A stretch of 64,000 nt of DNA from Podarcis bocagei (GCA_964188305.1 OZ076886.1); one strand, 5' to 3'; shown: positions 39,926 through 52,320, numbered from the stretch's first letter. The notes: generated from the sequence alone by a model not told the origin. Numbers and translations are program-made.

Positions 39926-40423
39926 TAAATGATTTATTCATTATTTAGGAGTGACTTTGCTGAAGGCCATGACTTCCTCAATATGGTTCCCTTAAATTTT
40001 TAATAGGACGAATTTGTGGGTTTCATTTCCTTTAAAAACTGAATTTTATTATGGTTTCATATAATATGAATATTTATGGCAGCTACCTGTTACATTTTAA
40101 AGATATTTTAAAGAAATTTCTGTGCCTGGTTGTAGTTTTAAATAAATGAAAAGAAGAAGCTTACAGAGACAGCCAAAAGCATTTGAGGGCAAGAAGCAGA
40201 GAGCTCAGCTGACATACTTGGTAGTGGTAAGCAATGCTTGACAATTGGCTGGCTTTTTAACAACAGACCCAGAATTTGCAACTTGAGGCAGGCCACCTCA
40301 CTCAATCTGAAGTTAGACATAGCCTCTGGTCTGAAAGAGGTTAAACCAAGGGCACTAGCTTCAAAGTGGATTTGTATGTGATGCCAACGACCCAGTGCCT
40401 TTTGTCTTTATCTTCATTTGCAG

Positions 40424-41021
40424 GAGGCCCATCCATGCTGTTCAAAGAAACCAGTTCAACTTAGCTTTTAAAATGGAACCTGAGACAGACTCTTCCAAAC
40501 AGTGTTGCCCAAGCATCTGTGATGCAGTAGGTTCCACTGCATCTTCTACCAATGAAAATAAAGAGCTGGATGAGAACGAACCTGGCATGTTGTGTAGCAC
40601 TGAACTGTCTAACACAGACATAATGAAAATTAAAGAACTAAATATAGATGATGGCACAATCGCTGAAGATTGTGCTGATGTGCAGGTCAGCAAAGCCCCC
40701 ACGGAAGAGCTTGTACCTAAGGACTCATCCGTGGAGCTGAACAGTAATGGTAAAATTCCCAATAGGGACAGTGGGATTGACAGCCCTTCTTGTAGTGTGG
40801 CGGGAGAGACTTTCCTGAATGAAGACGGTGCGGAGCAGAAAAAGGTCAATGTGACTGGGAGCTCAGTGGAGGTGGAGACGGACAAAAAGGGTGCCAGGTT
40901 TTCCGCTGGAGAGCAGAAAAGAGACTCTGCTCAGGATGAAGACAGTGACATAGATGAGGGAAGCAGTGAGGAGCAAGAGACAGCGGAGGTGCCAAAACTG
41001 GAATGTGTAGACATTAATAAG
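40424..41021 (+). CDS. FGD3: FGD3 large acidic N-terminal exon with internal ATG (40473) and DSGIDS degron, phase 2-0
   Basis: ttcatttgcag|g ... aag|gtaaat; KIPNRDSGIDSPSCSVAGETF closely matches FGD3; ATG in strong Kozak context (aaaATGG). Confidence 0.92.
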
Positions 41022-41476
41022 GTAAATATTATATTTTGTATTGGTTTGATAACAGGTTGTAGTGGGGAAGAATGATCTTCAAAATTTGCTGAGCATGCGA
41101 AACTGCATGATTTTGAGTCAGATAGTCTGTGACACTTGCCCCCCAGTAACTGAGTACTGCTTGGCAGTGGCTCCCTAAGGCCTTCAGTCAGACGCTTGTC
41201 ACTTCTGTGCAAAGCGTTGTTCTGTTGCTGAGGAGTGAGCTCACTTGTCTTTCTTATTTTTCTCTTTTCTTCAGTCCTAGTCTATGGTGGATATGTAGTC
41301 AGTTTGAGTTTCAGACCCAGCCTTCTTTCTTTCTGAGGTCTCCAACTTCCCCTTGGTTTGTTATTGTTTTCTGGGAGGTGTTGATGCTGGCCTTTTATTT
41401 TTTTATATAATAATTTTTATTAGTTTTCAATTACAGTCCAATAATAGCCTCATGATAACAATACCAACTTAAAATA

Positions 41477-41684
41477 AAAAAATTCCTTCCAGTAGCACCT
41501 TAAAGACCAACTAAGTTAGTTCTTGGTATGAGCTTTCGTGTGCATGCACACTTCTTCAGATACACACGAAAGATGCACACGAAAGCTCATACCAAGAACT
41601 AACTTAGTTGGTCTTTAAGGTGCTACTGGAAGGAATTTTTTTATTTTGACTATGGCAGACCAACACGGCTACCTATCTACTACT
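41477..41684. mobile_element. Second fold-back Penelope-like insert (75-bp inverted arms 41471-41545 / 41573-41647)
   Basis: Arms essentially identical to the 27257 element; 17-bp TSD aataccaacttaaaata (41460-41476, 41685-41701); long arm on the opposite side. Confidence 0.85.
41526..41563 (-). ncRNA. Minimal type I hammerhead ribozyme motif
   Basis: Identical to 27383-27420 read on the minus strand; the plus-strand copy here lacks the CTGAAGA core. Confidence 0.7.
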
Positions 41685-41740
41685 AATACCAACTTAAAAT
41701 ACACTTATTAATGCCTATCGTTCAAATACTGAACTATATA

Positions 41741-41968
41741 CAGTGGTACCTCAGGTTACATACGCTTCAGGTTACGTAGGCTTCAGGTTACAGCCTCTGC
41801 TAACCCAGAAATAGTGCTTCAGGTTAAGAACTTTGCTTCAGGATGAGAACAGAAATCGTGCTCGGGTGGCGCAGCAGCAGGAGGCCCCATTAGCTAAAGT
41901 GGTGCTTCAGGTTAAGAACAATTTCAGGTTAAGAACAGACCTCTGGAACAAATTAAGTACTTAACCCG
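41741..41968 (+). mobile_element. Mariner-type MITE family A, right TIR truncated
   Basis: TA-cagtggtacctcaggtta start; ends at ttaacccg without aggtaccactg. Confidence 0.8.
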
Positions 41969-42669
41969 TAATTTAGATAAAGTGCCCCCCCCCCGTGTGC
42001 TAGATTTGATGGTTTGATTATTTTATTTATTTCTGAGTTCCAAAATCTTACTAATTTCAGTTTCATTCAGGTCAAAAAAAGAATCCCTTATACAACAACT
42101 GCAATATTAATAACTTCTATTTGTGTTGATCCATTAAAGGATTTATAAAACTACAAGTGAAGAACTCAAGCTATATCCTTGTTCTTCCTTTGTGTGGCAG
42201 TTATTCTGTCCATGGTGTTTCTTCCTGTCCCTGTAAGATGTTATGTCTTTCCCCCGGTTGTTGCTGTTATCCATCATTCCTTGGGCGGAGCTGATATCCC
42301 ATTGATACAACTTTAACAGCTGCAAAAGTCACTCTGTCCCAGTAAATACGGTAACCTGTTGTCACCTTTTTTCCTCTCAGCCTGGGAAGAAGAGCAGTCT
42401 ATAGAACTGCAGATGACTCAGTAAAGAATATTATCAGTTCCTTTGGCAGTTCAGACTCCTTTCATCCTTCCTTCTAACTGAAGATATATGAGCAATTATA
42501 CTTCCAATTAAATTAAATTCCAAGTCTTCTTAGCATTATTCAGTTCACTTCATAAATAATAAAGGATGGGGAAGAGTCAACTCTAAGTTTCCATCATAAA
42601 CCTTTTGAAAAATAGAGCTTTCCTCCCTTTTTCCTTTTTTTTTACACACATCTCTGTTTGATGTTATAG

Positions 42670-43155
42670 TCCATATATATAATCCAATAGAAGGTACAGA
42701 AAGAATGGAATTTTTTAAAAAGAATATCTGGAAAACTATTGTAATAATAAACATCTCCTGGCAGAACTAGAATGATTCTTGTAATGATTTTTGGTATCTG
42801 ATAAAAATAGAGAAAGTAATACAGTAATTTGGAACTGTGTGTGAAAGAACAATAGAAATAATAATACAATGAGTCTAATCGGAAGTCAAATGTGTTTATT
42901 TTTTCTTTAAATTCTTTTAAAATTAATTTTCTTTCTTTCTTTTTCTTTTCTTTCCCCTTCTTCCTCCTTTGGTGTTTTATTTTCTTCTCACTTGGTCTTT
43001 TCTTTCTGATTTGCTAAGAAAGAGGTGAAGTTAAATATGAAAAGTTGACTAACTCAAAGTGATGTTTTGTAGTTTGTTAACTATTGTTAAAGATGGTCAA
43101 CTGTAATGAATTGATGTATTAGTTATTGCTGATTTATTGTTGTTGTTGGAAATAT
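42670..43155 (+). mobile_element. Possible L1 ORF2 C-terminus and 3'UTR fragment, opposite orientation to its host element
   Basis: aaggtacagaaagaatggaatttt..gaatatctggaaaactat resembles a KEW..EYL L1 C-terminal motif, then T-rich UTR-like sequence; boundaries approximate. Confidence 0.35.
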
Positions 43156-44214
43156 ATTCCAATTTCTTCCATTCTTGCTTGTACAAATATAATTTGAACT
43201 AATTCAGAGGAGGGTTGCCAAATCATAAATTTAGAGAAGAAAACTTTAAAGAAAGAAACCATAGGCTCCCCACTGTCTTTTGCACCATGTCTTTTAAACT
43301 TATCTCAAGTTCAAAGCTTAAAATCTTGTAGCTGATTTCTTCCGCAGTTTGTGATCTCATCTCTTCTAGCATACACCTGTACTTTAGTCTAATTAATAGG
43401 AGAATTAAGCTCCAATTAATAGGAGAACCTCTGCTTCTTAATGGTGGCATTGGAGGTTTTTCGGCAGGTGAAGCGCTTTTGCACTCAGCACCTCCCTGCC
43501 CCCCGCGAGAGCTGGGTCCTGAGACAAACTCTGTGTGAAGCCTGTTCCCCACCCCTATCCCTGGGAGGAATTTGCAGGGATAATTACCCTCAGTCATCCT
43601 TGTTTTTCCTTCGCCAACCATCTCTCGCTATTGTGGGGGCTGCTTCCAATAAGGCAGAGCGAAACCGGAAGCCTGTTGTTGGCCTTTTAAATCTGCCTGT
43701 TAGACTGAAATGTGACTGCTGCTGTCATTTTGAAATCTGCAGCATATAGGCCAGCAGCTTCATGGTTGATATTCAAAACTTCCAGACATGCAAAGATGGG
43801 CAGAGGGAAGGACAGACAAAGCAAGCTGATACCACAATTTCTTTTCACTCTCCATTAAGCACCGGTTTATTACTGTTCTTTTTTGGAGAATGGGTATATG
43901 TCTCTATTCAGAGGTTCCCTTTCCCTTTTAGCTCCTGTTTGTGTCACTGATGTGATTAAGAAGTAAAGATTTTCACAGAGACAATTTTTTACATGCACAG
44001 ACTTCGGAAATATTATTATGGAAGATACTCCTTATACACTGATTCCTGGAGCTGTTAGCAGTGCCAGAAACCACAAGTAGGGGAAGTGCTGTTACACTCA
44101 TGTCCTGCTTCCCATATGCATCTGATTGGGCACTGTGAGAGCAGGATGCTGGGCTGCATAGCCCTTATCCTAATTCTGCAGGGCTTTTCTTCTGATGACC
44201 TGTTCCCAGAGTTG

Positions 44215-44407
44215 AGTAACCATGCTGTAAGAGCTGTTCAACAGTGGAACGGTCTCCCTCGGGAGGTAGTGGACTCTCCTTTCTTGGAGGTTTTAAAGTA
44301 GAGATTGGATGCCCATCTGTCATGTATGCTTTAGTTGTGATTCCTGCAATGCACGGGAGTTGGACTGGACGTCCATTGGGATCTCTTCCGAAGCTACAAT
44401 TCTATGA
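44215..44407 (+). mobile_element. CR1 LINE 3' fragment
   Basis: Encodes RAVQQWNGLPREVVDSPFLEVLK; ends acaattctatga. Confidence 0.8.
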
Positions 44408-44939
44408 AATACTCATCTCCCCATATTGATAAGTCAGTGATTGCTCAGCTGCCCCAAAACCTAGAATACTGTTTTCAATCAACAATAATAAATTTATGTG
44501 GCTTCCTTTTGCCCTGAAGCTTATCATGTACATCTGCAACATGGTCCATAGGGATGACTGTATTAATAGTCTTTAGTCGCAACAATAAAGATACTACTAG
44601 GCTCTTGATTATTTTCAAGATGTCATTCAAAATCCAGATTGACTCCAAACTAGCATTAAGCCAGTGGCCACCATGGGGATATCTTGATTTATTTAACCCA
44701 TTTATATACAGCTTTCTATCAATAGATCTTGAAGGATTTGGGTCTACACAGGAGATCTAGGAGGAGATGTCATGAGTTAGAAAATGAGAGGATGAAATGA
44801 ATCATTAAGTATGGGTACTTGCACAGCTTCTAGTGATGGGGTGATTTAAAAGATGTATATACCATATTTAGGCAGCACTTCTAAAGCAGTTTACAGTTTT
44901 GTTAGGAAGCATAGCATTAATAGAATCAGAAGTAACATT

Positions 44940-44980
44940 ATGGGGTCACGAAGAGTCGGACACGACTAAACGACAACAAC
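44940..44980 (+). mobile_element. Extremely 5'-truncated BovB (3' ~40 bp only)
   Basis: atggggtcacgaagagtcggacacgactaaacgacaacaac, the reverse complement of the BovB 3' end at 23239-23278 apart from small differences. Confidence 0.8.
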
Positions 44981-46201
44981 ATGAGTTCAAATAGCCATAA
45001 AGACATAGTTTGCTACCTTTCCCCCATCAGAGATATAGTAAGTACTGCAATTGACTCACTTGGGCTTAGGCTCTGAAATAGTTTGTTTTTTTATCCATAT
45101 GTCTGAGACTAATCAGTGTATTAATATGAGTCAAGTCAGAAGAAAGGGCAAGAAACATTGATTTTGGTGTCATTGCAACCATTAGTGGTAGAGTAATGGC
45201 CAACATTAAGGCAAAACCTGGAAGTATATTCTGAAGAATTCAGTCTCTCAGTGCGTGTGCTTTGCTCTAGAATATAGCATGATGAACGAACACAGTCTGC
45301 AATATAATAAAATATGCCATGGCAAAAAAATTAATTTATAGATATGGAGCTAGTAATATCTATATAGTGGGAGTTCAGATTTAATTACGACCATAGCTGA
45401 TTGATCTTTAAGTACTCATCAATCCTTAGGATCAGTTTTTCCTATTTTATTTAACTATGCATACCTAGATGGCCATACTTATATGAGATGCATCATATAA
45501 TCAATGCATTTTATTAATAAACATCTTAATTGAATAATATATTTTATTAATATACATATTAATATAATGCATTATTTTAACAATGTTATATGTGGGGCCT
45601 TTTGACCTTTCCCACTGAATAAAAATGGGAAATAAATAACTTTACAACTGCAACATAAAGCTTAGAATATTTTTAACCTGAACCTTTAAATTGGCAATAT
45701 ATATGGAAGGTATTTTAAATTAGTTTGACCAAATTTTTTGAATGGCTTTCATTTAGTTGGAAGTTAAATTTCCCCATGTTCAATTATAGCAGCATCTCAT
45801 ATATGCTTCACTCTTCCTTCAACATTGCATGATACTGGGCTATGTTTTGCTTGTATATTATGCAGATGTGATGTGTTATTTTTAAAAAATATCCATGGCA
45901 TCCCTGTTTAAATGCCTTCTTCTGTAGACCTGAAGATGCAAACTACAGTGAGGCTTTCTCTGAAGCAGGGATTCACAACTCATACAATTTGACTTTTTTC
46001 CTTTTTCAATCTGCTAACATTTCTCCTTCTTTGCAACCCATATCGTTCCATCCCTCCCATCCCCGTTCACCTTCTTCCTCAGCATTCTGTAGAGCACGCT
46101 CCACAAGGGGGTCTAGAAATACACTGGGGAGGGAGGACCATGGGCCTTAGGTATGCAGGACTCATTCACTTCCTGCTGTTGTGGGGTAAATGCTAGGAGT
46201 A

Positions 46202-46443
46202 CAGTGGTACCTCGGCTTACATACGCTTCAGGTTACATGCGCTTCAGGTTACAGACTCTGCTAACCCAGAAATATTACCTCAGGTTAAGAACTTTGCTTC
46301 AGGATGAGAACAGAAATCGTGCTCCGGCGGTGCAACGGCAGCAGGAGGCCCCATTAGCTAAAGTGGTGCTTCAGGTTAAGAACAGTTTCAGGTTAAGAAC
46401 AGACCTCCAGAACGAATTAAGTACTTAACCCGAGGTACCACTG
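46202..46443 (+). mobile_element. Mariner-type MITE family A
   Basis: TA-cagtggtacctcgg ... ccgaggtaccactg-TA. Confidence 0.88.
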
Positions 46444-48237
46444 TATTACCGTTTGGAGAACTAGAATTGTAACGTTAAAGGCAGATTTCATTCAAACTAA
46501 AAATGGGAAATTATTAATTTTACTTCATTACATTTCCCCTCTTTCCTTTCTTCTTTCACGGAATCCAAGGTAGCCCACCTAGATACTGGCTAGAAGCAGA
46601 CCTGCTCAGCTCCAACAGGGTGGCAGTTACATTTGCCTTCAGACAATACCCTGGGGCCCAGTACATTCCAACAGCACGTGAATTGCCTGTGTTCTTCTGC
46701 AGTGGTATGGCATGCCCTAAAATTAGCTAAATGAGGAAAGTAAACCCTGTGTTAACCTAGTTTCTGTTTCCCTGTTTTGTTTAAAAAAAAAGTGCACTTG
46801 GATTTTGGGCAATTCTACATGTGGGTATTATCATCACCATCATGTTGTGTACGCAAATAATTCAGTACACCTGATCCATGTAAGCCACGGTGAAAGGATT
46901 AATATTGATAGGCAAAACATTGCATTGCAGCTGCTTTCTGCACTAAAGCTCTGGACAGGAAATGTGGTAAGTTCCGGAGCAAATGTGTCTGATAGCCTGT
47001 CTTGCTCTGGGGACTCCAGAATGTTGTTGACATCACTTAACCAGAAATGACACAGTTGAAGTAATTAATATAACTAGCTTTGGGGAATAAAGGAGGACCA
47101 GCAATGTCACAAGAAGAGTCTTAAGTGGAGCACTTGAGAGACTGCTTCCACTCCCACCCCAATTTCAATTTTCTTTACTCTTTTTAAAACCAGGATAAGG
47201 ATTCTTGATCACATTTACGTGTGCTGTTTTCTGGGCACTTCCTGGTGTGATGTAGGCATTCGTAATGCAGAGAGATACATTGTTGCAAGTTTGATGAGGC
47301 CTCTTCAAAGGACTGAGCTACTCTTTATAATTATGAGTAGAAACCTCTTGAAAACACTAATTCAGGTTTTCATTTGCTCTATTGCACCTCTTCATCTCCT
47401 AAACTAGTGTCTTTTTGTAGTGTGCATAACAATTATTTTTCAATAGCATTTTTCAGTGTTCCTTTTATATTGCACTCTGTTCAAAATAAACCTTTCTCTG
47501 TAGTCATTGCAACAGTAGCTGACTACTGTGATGATAATCGGCAAGAGCTTCCTTATATATATGTATATTTGTATGTGGTAGTGCTGCTGTTGCAACCCAT
47601 CCTTCGTGGAGGATAAGGCTCTTAATGTCTACTATGTTCTGCTTCCACTATCAGAGGCGGCTTGTCTCTGAATACCAGTTGTTGTTGTTGCTGCTGCTGG
47701 TGGTGGTGGGGCTGTTGTTCTCAGGTCCTGTTTCTGGGCTTTCCAGAGATATTTGGTTGGCCACTGGGAGTATAGGATGTTGGACTAGGTGAGGAGAGAG
47801 AGACTTTCTGTTCTTCATCAGGCAATGGCGTTCCCACCTGCCTTGCTCCATCCTCCAGCCCTGGAAGCCTTTCCCAGACCATGACTTTGAGAACAGCAGC
47901 AGCAGAAGAGCGAAGTTCAGGGATATTTTTTAAAAGTTTTATAAGTTGTGCGTCCTTGATTCTCCATTTGATATTTTTACATGGTTTTGTATGTTTTGTG
48001 GTATTTTATGCATTGCAATTTGCTGTTAATTTATTGATTATAGATTGGTAATTCTTTATTGTGGTTGATAAGTATAAACTGTTTAATTATTATTTGCTGA
48101 AGTTTAATTTTACTGTTTACTATTAGATTCTGATGGATTGTTGAATGTTGCTTTGTTTGATATAAGTTGTTGATTTTAAAGCTATTGTGACTTTTTATAT
48201 TGGATCAGATTGCTATTATTTTATTATGTTTTCATAT

Positions 48238-48292
48238 GTGTTGGAAGCTGCCCAGAGTGGCTGGGGCAACCCAGCCAGATGGGTGGAGTATA
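48238..48292 (+). mobile_element. L2 3' terminal hairpin fragment
   Basis: ggaagctgcccagagtggctggggcaacccagccagatgggtgg. Confidence 0.65.
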
Positions 48293-48409
48293 ATTATAGT
48301 TATATAGCCCTGGAGAGACCCACCAGGGTTCTTCTTATGCTCTTATCAAGTCATGACCCAAGAATGGGCCTGAACACACCAGTTGAAAACCAGTGATCTA
48401 ACCTGATGC

Positions 48410-48747
48410 GGGACACGGGTGGCGCTGTGGGTTAAATCACAGAGCCTAGGACTTGCCGACCAGAAGGTTGGCGGTTCGAATCTCCGCAGCGGGGTGAGCT
48501 CCTGTTGCTCGGTCCCAGCTCCTGCCCACCTAGCAGTTCGAAAGCACGTCAAGGTGCAAGTAGATAAATAGGTACCTCTCCGGTGGGAAGGTAAACGGCA
48601 TTTCCGTGCGCTGCTCTGGTTCGCCAGAAGCGGCTTAGTCATGCTGGCCACATGACCTGGAAGCTGTACCTCGGCCAGTAAAGCGAGATGAGCACCACAA
48701 CCCCAGAGTCGGTCACGACTGGTCAGGGGTCCCTTTACCTTTACCTT
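48410..48747 (+). mobile_element. Sauria SINE, full length
   Basis: 11-bp TSD taacctgatgc (48399-48409, 48748-48758). Confidence 0.9.
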
Positions 48748-51431
48748 TAACCTGATGCCAATTATTTTGACTGCTGGCCAAGGTCTCTGAAGAGAGGTAT
48801 TTCCCAGCCTATTACCTGAGATCCTTCAGTGTGAGTCATTGAACTTGGGACCTTGGGCATGAAAACCATTTGAGCACAGCATCCAGATTATTTCACAAAA
48901 TGATAGGTTCTCCATTCTTTTGCCATGATCACTGCTCTTTTTCACTCAGCTTAGTTTGAGTGTTGATGCTGGGGTAGAGATCCCATTCCATGTCACTTTA
49001 GCATGTCTTTACCCATAAATCTCTTCTGTTCTATTTCTGCCTTAATCTGTGATTATTATTTTTAAATCACAACTTTAAAAGAATACATATTTTACATTGT
49101 ATTTTCTCTCAAAATACACATGTTAAGTTTTTTTTAACCTGAAAGAATTGTTGCAGATGGTCATCTGTCCTGTATGGTCTAGTTGAGATTCCTGCAATGC
49201 AGAGGATTAGATTGAATGACCCCATAATTCTAGGAAATGTGAATAGTGGTGGATTACTGAGTTCTTATCTACACATTAGTCAAGAGGCAATGATAAGGTC
49301 AATTCATAATGGAATACAGAAAAACAGATACTTGAGAAATTCGGTGTTGAGAAATTCGGTGTTGGATCACATCAAATTGTTTTTCGTTAAGTTATCCACT
49401 GTTTCTATAGTGGAAAGATGAAGAGAAATAAATTATTGATATTTTTTAAAATCCAAATAATTATCCAATTTAATGGCATTATTCTTAATTTACTCTAATT
49501 TTGGCAGACTGATACTTTGCTGTGCATTCTTTTTAGGACAACCCCCCCCCCCTGCCGGTGAGAAAATAATAAATTAATAATAATAAATTAATAAACAACT
49601 AATGGGCACATTTGTGTGTAAAATACTGAAATGAAAATACTGATTAACCTGGCTAACTTTTAAAGATAGTGTTCCTGAAAGTAAGAAATGCCTCATTCCA
49701 CATCACTCTTTTATGGAGTTTTATTTTATGCTGTAAGGCATCAATGTCATTGAGCATTTATCAGAACCTGAACACACATGACTGAATAATTGTGTGTCTT
49801 CTCTGTCTTTTGTCCAATGGAAACTGACAAGAAGGAGCTTATTAGCTTTGATAATGTCTCTCTGACTGACATTGCTGACGTATATGGGATATCTCAGCCT
49901 GGATACTTCTAAAAGAAGAAATGACATGAAAGTGATTGATTTTAGCGATTTTGCAAGTGTGTGCCCATGTTCAAGCACAGCTGCCATACTATTTTAATTG
50001 GTTAACTGGACTAGTAATAAAAAAGTGGAAAGAAGAGATACGGAAATATTCTATATTAGTGCTAAGTCGCAGGAATGAGAGAGGCCCAGGCATATCTTGT
50101 ATAGAGAGGAATAACCTAATCAAGTGAAGGCTTTCTATTCATTGAAGCCTATTGATGAAAGACAGTTGCCATGTGATGAACACTTCAACTGACCAGGTTA
50201 TCATATTTTATTAGCTATCAGGGTGTAAAGAGCGGGATTGTCTCAGTTCACTTACTCGGTCTTCACTTCCTTTGCCCTCTTCTCTTCCTGCTGCTGAGCA
50301 GTGTTATATCCTGAGGAGGAAGCAGAATAGAATAATAGTTGTGAATGTGTCTGCATAAACCCTGAAATCCGGAGATGAAGTTCTGGGCTGAGAACTTAAG
50401 CGGCTTCATATCCTTGCTGTAATCAAGTGTGATGCTTTGCTGTTACCATCAGCCTTGGTAACAAATAAACTTGGCATGTGATGCAGAGCTTAGGAGGTGC
50501 AGGGTGCCTTAAATTGAAAAGTTTTTTGGATCTTGTTCCAAAGCCACCTGTTAGAGTTTTGTCATCAGATTTGCTCAGATCAGAAGTCAATAAGGAAGTT
50601 TTGAAAAACCAGCATTGCATAGGTATTTTTATCTAGTTTTCTGAAACCAGTAATTTGGAGCCTTATTTTTTAAAAAAGTTGAGAGTGGTTTTGTCCTTTT
50701 TTTGTCTGCCCCAATGCATGGACTATAGTTTCTTTTTTCCTAGTGAGAAGGGATTTCAGGGCTAAAGAGACATAGTAGTAACAACAACAATAACAAGAAC
50801 AATCCATAAACACCTTTTAACTTTTTTGTTCCTCATAAAAGCATTTGATAAGCTATTGACTATGCAAGATCAAAAATCAATAAGGAAGTCTGTTTTACTT
50901 TGCCCCTAAACAGGTTTGCTTTTCCCTTTTCATTTCTTGGGGTTTTTTATTTATTTGTTTGTTTGTTTTAAAATGAAGCAGCAGTAGCAATGTTTTAAGG
51001 CCATAAGTTGAATTTGGACATTTTCTGTGGAGGTGATTGCCACCAGCAAACCACAGGAAAGGCATACTTTGATTTCTTCCCTCTTTTTGCTCCATATCGT
51101 ACTAAATTTTACTAAAGGATGCCTTGTGAGAGGGTTCCATAGTTCACATTTGATGACAATGAGTGAAATATGCAAATTAGATGGTTGTAACTATACTGTA
51201 AGAGGTTGCTCTGTACTAAATTGATTTTAGAGAAACAGTGAAACATACACCATCCGTAAAGAGATTCATGAACCATCCGAATGTATACTTCATCAGCTCA
51301 GTAAAATGGAAGACTTTTTATGGTAGTGTGCACTTCATCAGTTGCAAGAACATAATATGAAAACGATTACTTCCTCAGCATTTGTAATCTTGACTGAAAA
51401 ATTCACATTGCCTTTTTCATGTTGTCTGCAG

Positions 51432-51521
51432 TGTTCAGAGCCACAGAAGCTGTTTAACATTGCAAGTGAACTTCTTCATACAGAAGAAGCTTATGTTAAA
51501 AGGCTTCATCTTCTGGATCAG
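51432..51521 (+). CDS. FGD3: FGD3 exon, start of DH (RhoGEF) domain
   Basis: tctgcag|tgt ... cag|gtaagt; CSEPQKLFNIASELLHTEEAYVKRLHLLDQ, phase 0-0. Confidence 0.96.
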
Positions 51522-51788
51522 GTAAGTCTACTTCTATATGGGAAATTAGCCTTGTTAAAAACTTGTAAGAAAACTTAATTTTTCTCTACTAGATCAGTTC
51601 ATTTTGAACAAGTATGTCTGTATAGCTGATGGTAGTTATTTTGGACAATTAACTTCCTCAAAAGTCAAATTTATCTGTAATAGCTGAGTCAGATGTCTGT
51701 TGTCTTTTAACCAATTGTGCAATGTCTTGTGCTGAAGTAGAAAAATATATAATTGGGCCACATTGTAAAGAAACCGTTCCATTTAGCC

Positions 51789-51789
<1 letters not shown>

Positions 51790-51832
<43 letters not shown>

Positions 51833-51834
51833 TC
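51790..51834. repeat. (TTTC)n microsatellite
   Basis: Direct reading. Confidence 0.95.
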
Positions 51835-52183
51835 ACTAGTTTTTTTTTTTGTCTAGCCAAATGTTAATTAAGAATGATACTTGAAAATATTTGTAAAGCA
51901 CCTTTTAATTTATATGTTACATCCATGGTTTTTCTTTAGTTGGCTTTCACTCTAAGTGGCTAACATAACAAATGGCTTTGAAATAAGCAGGTGGCAGATT
52001 TATTGGAAATATATATGGATGTCTTTAGTTGAGGAGTCCTTCTAACAAGCTAGACATGTCTCATGAATACATCTTGGGGAGAAATTCAAAAATCCATATC
52101 CGGTATCTGTCAACATCCAGCTGCTTAAATTAGTATAAATAATATACTTTTGGTTCTGATGCTGTGTGTGTGTTTTGGTGCAG

Positions 52184-52320
52184 GTTTTTTGCACTAAATT
52201 GTTTGAGGCGGGGATTCCACCCGATGTGGTAACAGGAATCTTTTCAAATATTTCTTCCATCTATCGCTTCCACGAACAGTTTCTTCTGCCTGAGCTCAAA
52301 ACAAGGATTACAGATGAGTG
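52184..52320 (+). CDS. FGD3: FGD3 DH exon
   Basis: gtgcag|gtt ... tg|gtgggt; [46 protein letters not shown] (FGD3-type, lacks the FGD1 insertion), phase 0-2. Confidence 0.95.

Larger units (their letters stand above)
41397..43673 (-). mobile_element. Short, internally deleted L1-type element keeping both ends, with nested insertions
   Basis: Minus 5' end ggcttccggtttcgc; A-rich 3' tail with aataaa; 16-bp TSD (14/16) at 41382-41397 and 43674-43689 ending at TTTT/AA. Confidence 0.55.

Noticed and set aside
40442-40885. 147-aa minus-strand ORF
   Set aside because: Antisense to the FGD3 acidic exon; Ser-rich composition is expected from the complementary codons
49333-49363. 15-bp tandem duplication; similar ones near 17515, 33220 and 55547
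   Set aside because: Ordinary slippage duplications with no further structure
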